Origin: Verrucomicrobiales bacterium
GTDB lineage: Bacteria > Actinomycetota > Acidimicrobiia > Acidimicrobiales > SHLQ01
NCBI GenBank assembly: GCA_047638715.1
Contig: JBLIMK010000001.1
Coordinates: 32,729 to 96,728, forward strand
DNA: 64,000 nt
Direction: 5' to 3'
The notes below the pieces were generated by a model. That model searched no databases and was not told where the DNA came from. It saw nothing but the letters and a program-made list of their open reading frames with translations. A program made the translations under genes and the position numbers. This document shows, one piece after another, positions 39,881 to 48,224 of the stretch. Each line of letters begins with the position of its first letter. The stretch's first letter is position 1.

Positions 39881-41845
39881 CTACGCGAGGGCAGCGCGAG
39901 CTGCACTAGCGACCGCATCTCCCGTCATGCCCAGCTTTTCCATTACAACATCGCCGGGAGCCGACGCCCCGAAACGGTCGATACCGAGGTTGATGTTGGC
40001 GTATCGAGACCAACCCATGGTCGAACCAGCTTCGATCGAAACCGTCGGGATCCCGGCTGGAAATACAGAAGCACGGTAGGCATCGTCTTGTGTCTCAAAG
40101 ACTTCCCAACACGGAAGCGAAACGACACGAGCGTGAATCCCTTCGGCTCGAAGCGTCGACGCTGCCGCCATGCAGTGTTGTACCTCGGAGCCGGCAGCGA
40201 CGAGCACTACATGTGCCTCGTCGTCAGCGTCTGCCAATACGTATCCACCTCTGGCGACGTCGGCATGGTTCTCGGTCCCCGCGATCACGGGCAAGTTCTG
40301 ACGGCTCAGGATCATCGCCGTGGGGCCGGTCGTGTCGATGGCGAAGGCCCATGCAGCGGCGGTCTCGTTGCCGTCGGCGGGTCGCCAGACGTTCAGTCCA
40401 GGCATTGCTCGCAACGACGCCACCTGTTCCACCGGCTGATGTGTCGGGCCGTCCTCGCCTACGCCCACCGAGTCGTGCGTCCAGCTGTAGATCATGGGCA
40501 ATCTTGAGAGAGCGGAGAGTCGTACTGCGCCTCGCATGTAGTCGGAGAACACCAGGAACGTGCCTCCAACCGGGAACATTCCGTGGGCTGCGAGCCCAAC
40601 CATTGCGCCACCCATGCCGTGTTCGCGAATGCCGAAATAGATTTGCCTTCCGGCACGGTCGTCCCTCGAGAAGACCCCAGTTTCTTTGATAACGGTGCCG
40701 GTGTTTCCGGTCAGGTCCGCGCCGCCGCCGATCAGCGAAGGCATCTTCGTGATGAGCGCTTGTAGCACTGCGTTTGATGCCTTGCGCGTTGCGATGTTTT
40801 CACCGGGCTCCCAACTCGGGAGCGCCTCCTGCCAACCATCGAGAGGTCGGCCGTGCATCAGCGCTTCGAGCTCGCCGCTATCGCCCGCGTAGTTCGCGAC
40901 CCGGCCTTCCCAGGCTTCTCGCTGGATTGCGCCACGCGTGCCAGCGCTCTGGCACGCGGAGAGAACATCGTTGGGGACGAAGAACGTTTGGTCCGCGGGC
41001 AGACCCATAACGTCTTTCGTCGCTGCTATCTCTTCATCGAACATCGCATATCCATGCGCGTGTGCTGTTCCCGCCGATTCTGTGGCAGGAAACCCGATTT
41101 GGGTCTTCAACACGATGATCGATGGCTTGTCGGTGACGGCCTTGGCCCTATTAATCGCGGCTTCGAGGGCGTCGAGGTCTTCGCCTATGGCGCCCACTTC
41201 TTGGACGTCCCAGTTGTACGCGCGGAACCGATCGGCCGAGTTGTCGCTGAAGCTCAGCGAGGTCGGTCCGTCGATCGAGATGCCGTTGTCGTCGTAGATA
41301 AACACGATGCGGCCGAGACCGAGGTGTCCTGCGAGCGACGCAGCTTCGTGGCTCACGCCTTCTTCGAGATCTCCGTCGGAACACAGACCGAAGATGTAGT
41401 GGTCGCAGACGTCGCTGCCGAGGCGAGCGCGCAGGTTCTCTTCAGCGATTGCCATGCCTACGGCATTCGAGAAGCCCGCACCCAAAGGACCGGTTGTTAC
41501 CTCGACGCCGGCTGTGTGGCCGACCTCGGGATGTCCAGGGGTCGCAGAATCCCATTGGCGAAAGTTCTGGAGGTCGTCGTTGGTGATGCCGAAGCCGTAC
41601 AAGTGCAGCAACGAATATTGCAGTATCGAGGCGTGACCGGGCGACAGGACGAACCGGTCGCGATCGAACCAGTTCGGGTTTTGTGCGTCGAACGACATGA
41701 TTCGACTCCACAACACGTGTGCAACCGGGGCCAGGGACATGGCGGTTCCTTGGTGGCCGGAACGAGCCGTGTGTGGGCCATCCATCGAAATTCCACGAAT
41801 GGTCGCGATCGTTCGCGCGTCCAACGATGCGTCGAGCTGGGTCAT
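39881..41845 (-). CDS. tkt: Transketolase
   Basis: Motifs SGHQGTAMSLAP, the ThDP motif CSDGDLEEGVSHEA, and FGIREHGMG. 654 aa. Confidence 0.95.
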   Translation of the reverse strand: MTQLDASLDARTIATIRGISMDGPHTARSGHQGTAMSLAPVAHVLWSRIMSFDAQNPNWFDRDRFVLSPGHASILQYSLLHLYGFGITNDDLQNFRQWDSATPGHPEVGHTAGVEVTTGPLGAGFSNAVGMAIAEENLRARLGSDVCDHYIFGLCSDGDLEEGVSHEAASLAGHLGLGRIVFIYDDNGISIDGPTSLSFSDNSADRFRAYNWDVQEVGAIGEDLDALEAAINRAKAVTDKPSIIVLKTQIGFPATESAGTAHAHGYAMFDEEIAATKDVMGLPADQTFFVPNDVLSACQSAGTRGAIQREAWEGRVANYAGDSGELEALMHGRPLDGWQEALPSWEPGENIATRKASNAVLQALITKMPSLIGGGADLTGNTGTVIKETGVFSRDDRAGRQIYFGIREHGMGGAMVGLAAHGMFPVGGTFLVFSDYMRGAVRLSALSRLPMIYSWTHDSVGVGEDGPTHQPVEQVASLRAMPGLNVWRPADGNETAAAWAFAIDTTGPTAMILSRQNLPVIAGTENHADVARGGYVLADADDEAHVVLVAAGSEVQHCMAAASTLRAEGIHARVVSLPCWEVFETQDDAYRASVFPAGIPTVSIEAGSTMGWSRYANINLGIDRFGASAPGDVVMEKLGMTGDAVASAARAALA

Positions 41846-41926
41846 GGGTCGTGTTCTCCTCGAAGAGCGTCACGCCATGTCTACCTGCAATCGACCGACT
41901 TGCCGTGAGCAACGCGAAGGTATCGG

Positions 41927-43063
41927 CTATCCGAATAACAACGTCGATGCGGTGAAGCCGTGGAGATGGTTTTCAGCCCGCACGGGGCCGAGTTCGCCGG
42001 CGCAGAACATGCCCGCCGTGGCCCTCGATCCGGTGAGCTCGTGAACGAGCTCGGCGTCATGGCCAGACCGCCCGAACAGATGCTCGCCGCGACCGTTGCA
42101 GGTGAAGGTGAGAGCTGCTTGTGCTTCGGCGTCGCTCAGCATCTCGACGAGGTCGTCGCTTGCCGTGGCCGCATCGCGAACCTGGAATTGTACGGTCGTG
42201 CCGACGTCGATTCCTGCGCCGATAGCGATTGCTCCGCTGTCTTGATCGGCGCCCATGACGGCCCTGATAAGAAAGTCGCCGCGTCCGAATTCGTGTTGGC
42301 CCTCGTCGATCACGATTCCGATATGCACCCCGCCGGCGAGAAGCGCCTTATCGGCGTCGGTCGCCTCGGTGGCGATCTTCTGCAGAACATCCATAGGGCG
42401 TTGTGATGCAAGTTCGGTTATGACGTTGCCGGTTGCGCCGGTCACGGTCAACGGCATCCCGACGGGCCGACAGCCCTGCGATACGACGCTGCGAATTGGA
42501 ACACCGCGTACGCGTACCCCAACGGCACCATCGGAGACGACCCGGTCGTCGAGGAGCAAGCGATTCCCGCCCGGTCCTCGAGCGCCCGACGACAATCCAC
42601 CGTGGAGTGCGAGACTCGGAGCGGCGGTCTTCGCGGACTCGAGCATCTCGATCAGTGGTGTGGTGAACGGGTCGGCGAGCACGATTGCGTTGTGGACGTC
42701 ATCTTCATCGGAGCCGTCGATGATCGAGTTCCATCCGTTTGTTGGATCGGCGTCGCCAGGCTCGATTCGGAAGGTACGCGCTTCTAGGCCGCTCGCGGCC
42801 CACACCGAAAGTGCCGAGCGGTCTTCGACTTCGGTCATCCGGGAGATGACCCCGGACGCCGTGGTGCCGATCATGGCGGCGGGGTTCAACAGGTCGCGCA
42901 GTGCCGCGCTGATGTCGTCGACCGTGCCGGTATGGACGCTGTCGATAAACACGACGAGGAGATCGACGGGCTCACCGTTCAATTGTTCGAGGATCTCGCC
43001 GGCAACCTCACCCACAGCATGCGCAGCGAGCGGGTGTTCGCTCAGAGCTGAGGCGGCCCTCAT
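41927..43063 (-). CDS. FIST-domain (FIST_N/FIST_C) sensory protein
   Basis: About 378 aa from the ATG at 43063. The overall pattern (LLVVFID..., HGGLSSG..., FTCNGRGEHLFG...AGMFCAGELGPV) is typical of FIST proteins. Its start overlaps the desaturase stop (ATGA). Confidence 0.7.
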   Translation of the reverse strand: MRAASALSEHPLAAHAVGEVAGEILEQLNGEPVDLLVVFIDSVHTGTVDDISAALRDLLNPAAMIGTTASGVISRMTEVEDRSALSVWAASGLEARTFRIEPGDADPTNGWNSIIDGSDEDDVHNAIVLADPFTTPLIEMLESAKTAAPSLALHGGLSSGARGPGGNRLLLDDRVVSDGAVGVRVRGVPIRSVVSQGCRPVGMPLTVTGATGNVITELASQRPMDVLQKIATEATDADKALLAGGVHIGIVIDEGQHEFGRGDFLIRAVMGADQDSGAIAIGAGIDVGTTVQFQVRDAATASDDLVEMLSDAEAQAALTFTCNGRGEHLFGRSGHDAELVHELTGSRATAGMFCAGELGPVRAENHLHGFTASTLLFG

Positions 43064-43824
43064 GCGGCCATACCGGACCGAGGTGTCCGCCTCGGGGTCG
43101 CGAAGACGGGCTGTTCGTGTCGAATCGAGGCCTGCCCGAGTTTGCGTGCGGCGCGAATGAACCACCAGCCGGGGTCGAGCTGTGCCTTGTCGAGGGAGAA
43201 ACGAGCCGAGGTTGGAGCGGCATGGTGATTGTTGTGGAGACCTTCGCCACTGGTGAGCAATGCGAGCCACCGGACATTGGTCGCAGAGTTCTCGAACGGT
43301 CGAGTCCCAAAGGTGTGAGCGACCGCGTTGACCGCCGCCGACAGGCTCAGGTACAGCACGAAATGAAAGATCGCGGCGAGAAGTCCGTATCCGATTCCGA
43401 GCCACCAAATCAAGAACGTGGTCGTGATTCCCAAGCCGAGGACCGCGTGGTCGAGCAGGTACCGGTCGGCCGTGGTCTGGGGAAGATCGCGCGCGTATTT
43501 CGAGACTTGCTGGGCATCACGAGCAACGGCCCGATAGAGCGCCACGTTCGTCAGTTGCACCCGCACCCAACCCAATCGGAGTGGGCTGTGTGGATCGTCC
43601 TCCTCGTCGGTAAACGCGTGGTGCTTGCGATGCACAGCAGCCCATTGTCGTGGTCGGATTCCCGTGAGTAGCCAAATGACGCCTCGGAGCGCGCCGGTCA
43701 GTGCCGGGGAGAACTTCACGGCCCGATGAGCGAGGCTCCGATGGAGGTAAACGGTCGTGGCGACGTTCGCGATCTGCGTGAGTACAAATCCAACGACGAT
43801 GGCAAACGCGATGTTGGTGAACAT
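43060..43824 (-). CDS. Membrane acyl-CoA/fatty-acid desaturase (stearoyl-CoA desaturase family, compact 254 aa)
   Basis: Three histidine boxes: HRSLAH, HRKHHAFTD and HNNHHAAP. Hydrophobic segments lie between them. Confidence 0.8.
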   Translation of the reverse strand: MFTNIAFAIVVGFVLTQIANVATTVYLHRSLAHRAVKFSPALTGALRGVIWLLTGIRPRQWAAVHRKHHAFTDEEDDPHSPLRLGWVRVQLTNVALYRAVARDAQQVSKYARDLPQTTADRYLLDHAVLGLGITTTFLIWWLGIGYGLLAAIFHFVLYLSLSAAVNAVAHTFGTRPFENSATNVRWLALLTSGEGLHNNHHAAPTSARFSLDKAQLDPGWWFIRAARKLGQASIRHEQPVFATPRRTPRSGMAA

Positions 43825-43859
43825 GACGTCGAACCTAGCCGTTTGATCGCCTGGCCGTT

Positions 43860-45296
43860 ATGGCGCCTATGCTGTCGCCGATGCGACGCTGGATCCTGCC
43901 CCTCGTTCTGCTCATCATCGCAGCTTCCGCCGCGTGGCAGGCCGTCGAGACCGATTCGGCTCTCGCTGAAGACGCCCTTTCACAAGAGGGCGTATCTGCT
44001 CCACCGCTGCGTACCCCGTTGATGTCCGTGCGTCGTACGCCCGAGTTCTTACGCGAGCCCATCCTGATCAGGAACTTACAAGAGTCGTTGACCGAGGTCG
44101 CCGACTCGTTCCACGAGCAGAGCTGTCTTGTGGTGTACCACGAGGGCGTGGAGATCTTCGCGTGGAATCCAACGCGTCCTCTCGTTCCCGCATCGGCACA
44201 GAAGCTCCTCACGGCCTACGGGGTGTACGAAGTCCTGGGCCCAGACCACACCTACGAAACCCGTATCGTGACCGACGCTCCACTCGAGGATGGCATTCTC
44301 GACGGCGATCTGTATCTCATCGGTGGTGGCGACCCGCTGCTCGCAACTTCGGCGTACACCGACCGGTATGAACCGCTGCCGCATGTTCGCACCAACATCG
44401 AAGAACTCGCCGACGCTGTCGTGGCGGCTGGTATTACCGAGATCAGCGGTGCGGTTATCGGCGATGAGACCCGCTTCGATGTCGAGCGATACGTGCCCGA
44501 GTGGCCCGAGCGCTTCACGAATGCGTCGCAGAACCAAACCGGTCCATTGTCGGCGCTCACTATCAACGATGGTTTCGTACGCTTCGATCCGAATCCGGCT
44601 CCTTCACTCGCTACAGCCTCCACCGACCCGGCCACGTTCGCAGCGGCGTTCTTCGACGATCTTCTGGAAGATCGCGAAGTAATCATCCGCCAATCCGCAA
44701 CTGCCGGAGAGGCTCCCCTCGCAGCCCGCACGATCGCGTCGATCACATCGGAACCGGTCACGACCGTGACCAACCAGATGCTCAGCCTCAGCGACAACAT
44801 GGCAGCGGAGCTTCTCCTGAAGGAAATCGGCGTCGCGACGTCGGGCCAGGGTACGACCGACGACGGGGCCCGCTCGATCGAAAACGCCCTTCGCTCCGCC
44901 GGATTTTCGGTGTCGGAGACCGACATGGTCGATGGCTCGGGTCTCGCGTCGGAAAATCGAGTCACGTGCCGCCTCCTCGTCGAGGTTCTCGAGGCTTCCA
45001 ACAACACGCCACTCCTCGATGGTCTCGCTGTAACGGGCGAGTCCGGAACCTTGCTCGAGCGCATGGTCGGCACGGATGCTGAGGGCAAGATCCGTGCAAA
45101 GACAGGCCGCCTCAACGAGGTAGGCGCGCTCGCTGGAACAGCGGAGGCTGCGGACGGATCGACCCTCACGTTCGCATGGATAGAGAACACGACCGACCTC
45201 TACCCGCTCGAAGAAATGACAGAAACCCAGGATGCGATCGCTCTTGAACTCGTGGCATTCCCCGAGGGACCGAACGTTGATGCGCTAGGGCCGTGA
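43860..45296 (+). CDS. dacB: D-alanyl-D-alanine carboxypeptidase/endopeptidase (PBP4, S13 family)
   Basis: Signal peptide MRRWILPLVLLIIAASAAWQA plus SxxK (SAQK), SxN (SDN) and KTG (KTGRL) motifs. Confidence 0.85.
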   Translation: MAPMLSPMRRWILPLVLLIIAASAAWQAVETDSALAEDALSQEGVSAPPLRTPLMSVRRTPEFLREPILIRNLQESLTEVADSFHEQSCLVVYHEGVEIFAWNPTRPLVPASAQKLLTAYGVYEVLGPDHTYETRIVTDAPLEDGILDGDLYLIGGGDPLLATSAYTDRYEPLPHVRTNIEELADAVVAAGITEISGAVIGDETRFDVERYVPEWPERFTNASQNQTGPLSALTINDGFVRFDPNPAPSLATASTDPATFAAAFFDDLLEDREVIIRQSATAGEAPLAARTIASITSEPVTTVTNQMLSLSDNMAAELLLKEIGVATSGQGTTDDGARSIENALRSAGFSVSETDMVDGSGLASENRVTCRLLVEVLEASNNTPLLDGLAVTGESGTLLERMVGTDAEGKIRAKTGRLNEVGALAGTAEAADGSTLTFAWIENTTDLYPLEEMTETQDAIALELVAFPEGPNVDALGP

Positions 45297-45943
45297 TCGA
45301 CGACACAGCTTCGAAACCTGAGGGGGTGGCCAGCGCATACGAACTCGCCATGTTCCCGTTGGGTTCCACGATCTTTCCCGGGCAGGTTGTGCCGCTTCAC
45401 ATCTTCGAAGATCGTTATCGCACTCTTATCAGCCAACTGACCACCGGTAATGTGGAGGCGACGTTCGGCATCGTGCTGATCGACCGCGGACATGAGGTCG
45501 GCGGTGACGACCATCGAGTGTCGGTGGCCACCCGTGTGGAGATATTGCAGGCCGAAGAGTTCGACGATGGCCGGTGGGGCGTCGTAACAGCCGGCCTTGA
45601 ACGCCTCGATATCCTCGGCTGGCTCGACGACGACCCCTATCCACGCGCGATGGTCCTGCCCCGAGCCGTCGTCGACAACGGGGGAGCGTCACTCGACGAC
45701 CTCGAGGGGCTTCTGGTGGAAACCATCGACCTCGCAGCAAAGGCGGCCAGCGTCGACGTCCCGGGCCCATTCGACTTCAATGCCGATCCTCACCAACGTC
45801 TCGATCAATTATCTGCGCTCGCGCCACTTACGGCATTCGATCGCCAACGCATTCTGGAAGCGGCTACCACCGCAGACCAGATCGCGATATTGCAAGATGC
45901 ACTACGCGAAAAGGCGATGCTGTTGCGCTCCGAGCTGCGGTAG
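45293..45943 (+). CDS. LON substrate-binding (N-terminal) domain-only protein
   Basis: Motif MFPLGSTIFPGQVVPLHIFEDRYRTLI is typical of LON_substr_bdg. There is no AAA+ or protease domain. The GTG start overlaps the dacB stop (GTGA). Confidence 0.8.
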   Translation: MIDDTASKPEGVASAYELAMFPLGSTIFPGQVVPLHIFEDRYRTLISQLTTGNVEATFGIVLIDRGHEVGGDDHRVSVATRVEILQAEEFDDGRWGVVTAGLERLDILGWLDDDPYPRAMVLPRAVVDNGGASLDDLEGLLVETIDLAAKAASVDVPGPFDFNADPHQRLDQLSALAPLTAFDRQRILEAATTADQIAILQDALREKAMLLRSELR

Positions 45944-45983
45944 GTTGAAGGCCAGAGCGGACTTTCTAGACCGAAGGACTTTT

Positions 45984-46307
45984 GTGGCAGAGACCCCCAA
46001 GACCCCGACCGAAAATGTGCAAGAGGTCTTCGACCTCGTAAAGGCGTACGCGGTGCAGGAGACCGCGACACCACTTAAAGGTGTTGGCCGCTACCTCAAG
46101 TTTGGTTTGCCGGGCGCGATCTGCCTTGGTGTTGGCTTCTTCTTCCTGGCGCTCGCGGCCCTTCGAGGGCTCCAGGAGGTCGACGTGTTCAGTGAGGATG
46201 TAGGCAACTTCGGATACAACTGGGCGCCGTACTTCATTGTTTTTTCAGGCGCCGCGCTCATCCTTGGATTTCTTGCTAGCCGCATTACGAAAGGTCTTGG
46301 CGAATGA
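45984..46307 (+). CDS. Small two-TM membrane protein (actinobacterial holin-X-like topology)
   Basis: In-frame GTG at 45984. An amphipathic N-terminus is followed by two hydrophobic segments (LPGAICLGVGFFFLALAAL and YFIVFSGAALILGFLA). Confidence 0.55.
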   Translation: MAETPKTPTENVQEVFDLVKAYAVQETATPLKGVGRYLKFGLPGAICLGVGFFFLALAALRGLQEVDVFSEDVGNFGYNWAPYFIVFSGAALILGFLASRITKGLGE

Positions 46308-46516
46308 GTACAGAACAAGCTCCAATCTCGAAGGACGATCTGGAGGCGAAGTTCCGCCAGATAAAGACCGAGGTCGACAATGTCACCGAAGGTGCCAAGA
46401 GCAAGGCCGTACCTGCGATCGCGGTTGGCGGCATCCTCTTCATTCTTCTCATGTATCTGCTCGGCAAGCGCGTTGGCAGCAAACGGTCATCCGTTGTCGA
46501 GATCCGTCGGCTCTGA
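46304..46516 (+). CDS. Small single-TM hypothetical protein
   Basis: 70 aa. ATGA overlap with the upstream gene. C-terminal TM segment AIAVGGILFILLMYLL. Confidence 0.5.
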   Translation: MSTEQAPISKDDLEAKFRQIKTEVDNVTEGAKSKAVPAIAVGGILFILLMYLLGKRVGSKRSSVVEIRRL

Positions 46517-46528
46517 TCCACTGAGCTG

Positions 46529-47023
46529 ATGTTCCCGACCCGCAAGAAGAAGAGTTATATAAAACGAACCCTGCGCATGAACGCGGTCCGGAAGGGCCTT
46601 CTCGGCGGATCGCTCTTCTGGCGCGTCGTGTGGGTGTCGCAGCTGTTCTTGAAGGGCTGGAGCAAGGCCAGTAAACGTGGCGAGGCGCCGATCTTGTTTA
46701 GCGAGCCGTTGAAAGAGGGCGATGCGTGGACGATCGTTCACGAACCAGAACGGTCGCGGCGCGGTCGGGGTGAAGGGCGCAAGATGCTCGTCGGGCCCAA
46801 GCGTAAGGCGCCGCGAGCCGGCGTCATGTCTGGATCAGCGCTTGGATGGGTGGGCCAACGAATTCTCGACGCTCCCTCTGCCGAACGGATCAATCAAATC
46901 CTCGGGGTAGACGTGGTCACCGAGCCTCCTCCAACGAGGAAGGCGATCCGTGCAGCGAAGAAGGACGCAAAGAAAGCCGCGAACGCAGCGGGCAAGCTCG
47001 TGAAGGCCGAGGCCACGCGCTGA
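46529..47023 (+). CDS. Hypothetical protein with a Lys/Ala-rich C-terminal tail
   Basis: 164 aa with coding-like codon bias. The tail reads [29 protein letters not shown]. Its stop overlaps the start of the ThiS-like gene (TGATG). No family recognised. Confidence 0.5.
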   Translation: MFPTRKKKSYIKRTLRMNAVRKGLLGGSLFWRVVWVSQLFLKGWSKASKRGEAPILFSEPLKEGDAWTIVHEPERSRRGRGEGRKMLVGPKRKAPRAGVMSGSALGWVGQRILDAPSAERINQILGVDVVTEPPPTRKAIRAAKKDAKKAANAAGKLVKAEATR

Positions 47024-47217
47024 TGCGAGTCCGGCTTCGCAACCCGGATCGTGACGTCGAGATCGAGGGCCCGATCACCATCTCGCGGCTCGTCGAGAAA
47101 CTCGAGCTCAACCGCGAGTCGATTCTCGTCATCGTCAACGGCACGCTTCTCGCAGGAAATACCAAGCTTCGAGCCGACGATGACATCGAAATCCGTAGTG
47201 TGATCTCGGGAGGCTGA
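47023..47217 (+). CDS. ttuB: ThiS/MoaD/TtuB-like ubiquitin-fold sulfur-carrier protein (C-terminal Gly-Gly)
   Basis: 64 aa ending IRSVISGG immediately before the stop. Size and hydrophobic pattern fit a beta-grasp fold. It lies directly upstream of a TtuA-type thiolase. Confidence 0.7.
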   Translation: MRVRLRNPDRDVEIEGPITISRLVEKLELNRESILVIVNGTLLAGNTKLRADDDIEIRSVISGG

Positions 47218-47219
47218 GC

Positions 47220-48224
47220 ATGAAGTGTCGTGTCTGCGAGGGTCCACAGGTCATAGAACTTCGCCAGCACAACGCGGCGTTCTGCGCCGAACATTTCATT
47301 GCGTTCTGCCGCCGTCAGGTGCAAAAGACGATCGACAAGTTCAAGATGTTTGAAGCTGACGATCGCGTACTCGTGGCGGTTTCGGGGGGCAAGGACTCAC
47401 TGGCATTGTGGGACATTCTTGTTGAACTGGGTTATGACGCCGATGGTTTGGTCATTGGCCTTGGCATAGGCGAGTACAGCGAGAACAGCTCCGAATTTGC
47501 CCGAGCGTTTGCCGCCGAACGCGGGCTGAAGCTGCACGAATACGACCTCCAGACCGAACATGGCTTCACCGTTCCAGCGGCCGCTGCCGCAACGAAGCGC
47601 GTTCCGTGCTCATCCTGCGGGTTGAGCAAGCGCCACATTTTCGACGACGTAGCTGTTCGTCACGACTACGACGTCGTAGTGACCGGCCACAATCTTGACG
47701 ATGAAGCCGCCGTCCTTTTCGGCAATGTCGCCCGTTGGCAAGCCGAATATCTCGGCCGACAACACCCTGTCTTGCCGGCTGTGAACGGGTTTCCCCGCAA
47801 GACAAAGCCCCTCATTCGGTTGACCGAAAGAGAGATGGCGGCCTACTGCATCCTTCGCAATATCGACTACGTCGTCGAGGAATGCCCGATGGCGGCGGGA
47901 AACAAACATCTTCACTACAAGGACCTCCTCAACCAGATGGAAGTTGCATCTCCTGGTTCAAAGCAGGCCTTCTACTTCGGATTTCTTGAACGCGGAGCGG
48001 AGCGGTTTGCTCGCCCACTCGATTCGTCAATCGATGACGAGGTCGACGGTATGAGACCTGCGGGCGTGCCCGCCGTGTCGCCGTGCCTGGTGTGCGGGAG
48101 CCCATCGAGCAACGAGGTTTGCGCATTCTGCCGCCTGGTCGATCTCGCCGCGCCAAACAGCGTTATAACCGACGAGACGGTATCGGTGGAAATCACCGCG
48201 CGTGCCGACAAGCTTGCGCAATGA
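47220..48224 (+). CDS. ttuA: TtuA/Ncs6-type tRNA 2-thiolation PP-loop ATPase
   Basis: PP-loop VAVSGGKDSLAL. N-terminal CRVC...CAEH, central PCSSCG plus EECP, and C-terminal CLVC...CAFC cysteine clusters match the TtuA architecture. Confidence 0.8.
   Translation: MKCRVCEGPQVIELRQHNAAFCAEHFIAFCRRQVQKTIDKFKMFEADDRVLVAVSGGKDSLALWDILVELGYDADGLVIGLGIGEYSENSSEFARAFAAERGLKLHEYDLQTEHGFTVPAAAAATKRVPCSSCGLSKRHIFDDVAVRHDYDVVVTGHNLDDEAAVLFGNVARWQAEYLGRQHPVLPAVNGFPRKTKPLIRLTEREMAAYCILRNIDYVVEECPMAAGNKHLHYKDLLNQMEVASPGSKQAFYFGFLERGAERFARPLDSSIDDEVDGMRPAGVPAVSPCLVCGSPSSNEVCAFCRLVDLAAPNSVITDETVSVEITARADKLAQ

Noticed and set aside
41927-43408. Long ORF-track N-terminal extensions: FIST to 43408, fbiC to 34202, mobA to 21463, arc to 49405, trmI to 48083, rnd to 22613, and the holin-like gene to 45597.
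   Set aside because: The extensions overlap the preceding genes in other frames and are Arg/Pro-rich. Internal starts restore canonical N-termini, SD sequences or ATGA/GTGA coupling.
45984-46307. Holin-like topology as a hint of a prophage or lysis cassette.
   Set aside because: No endolysin, terminase, capsid, integrase or att-like repeats occur anywhere in the window. Small proteins with this topology are common chromosomal genes in actinobacteria.
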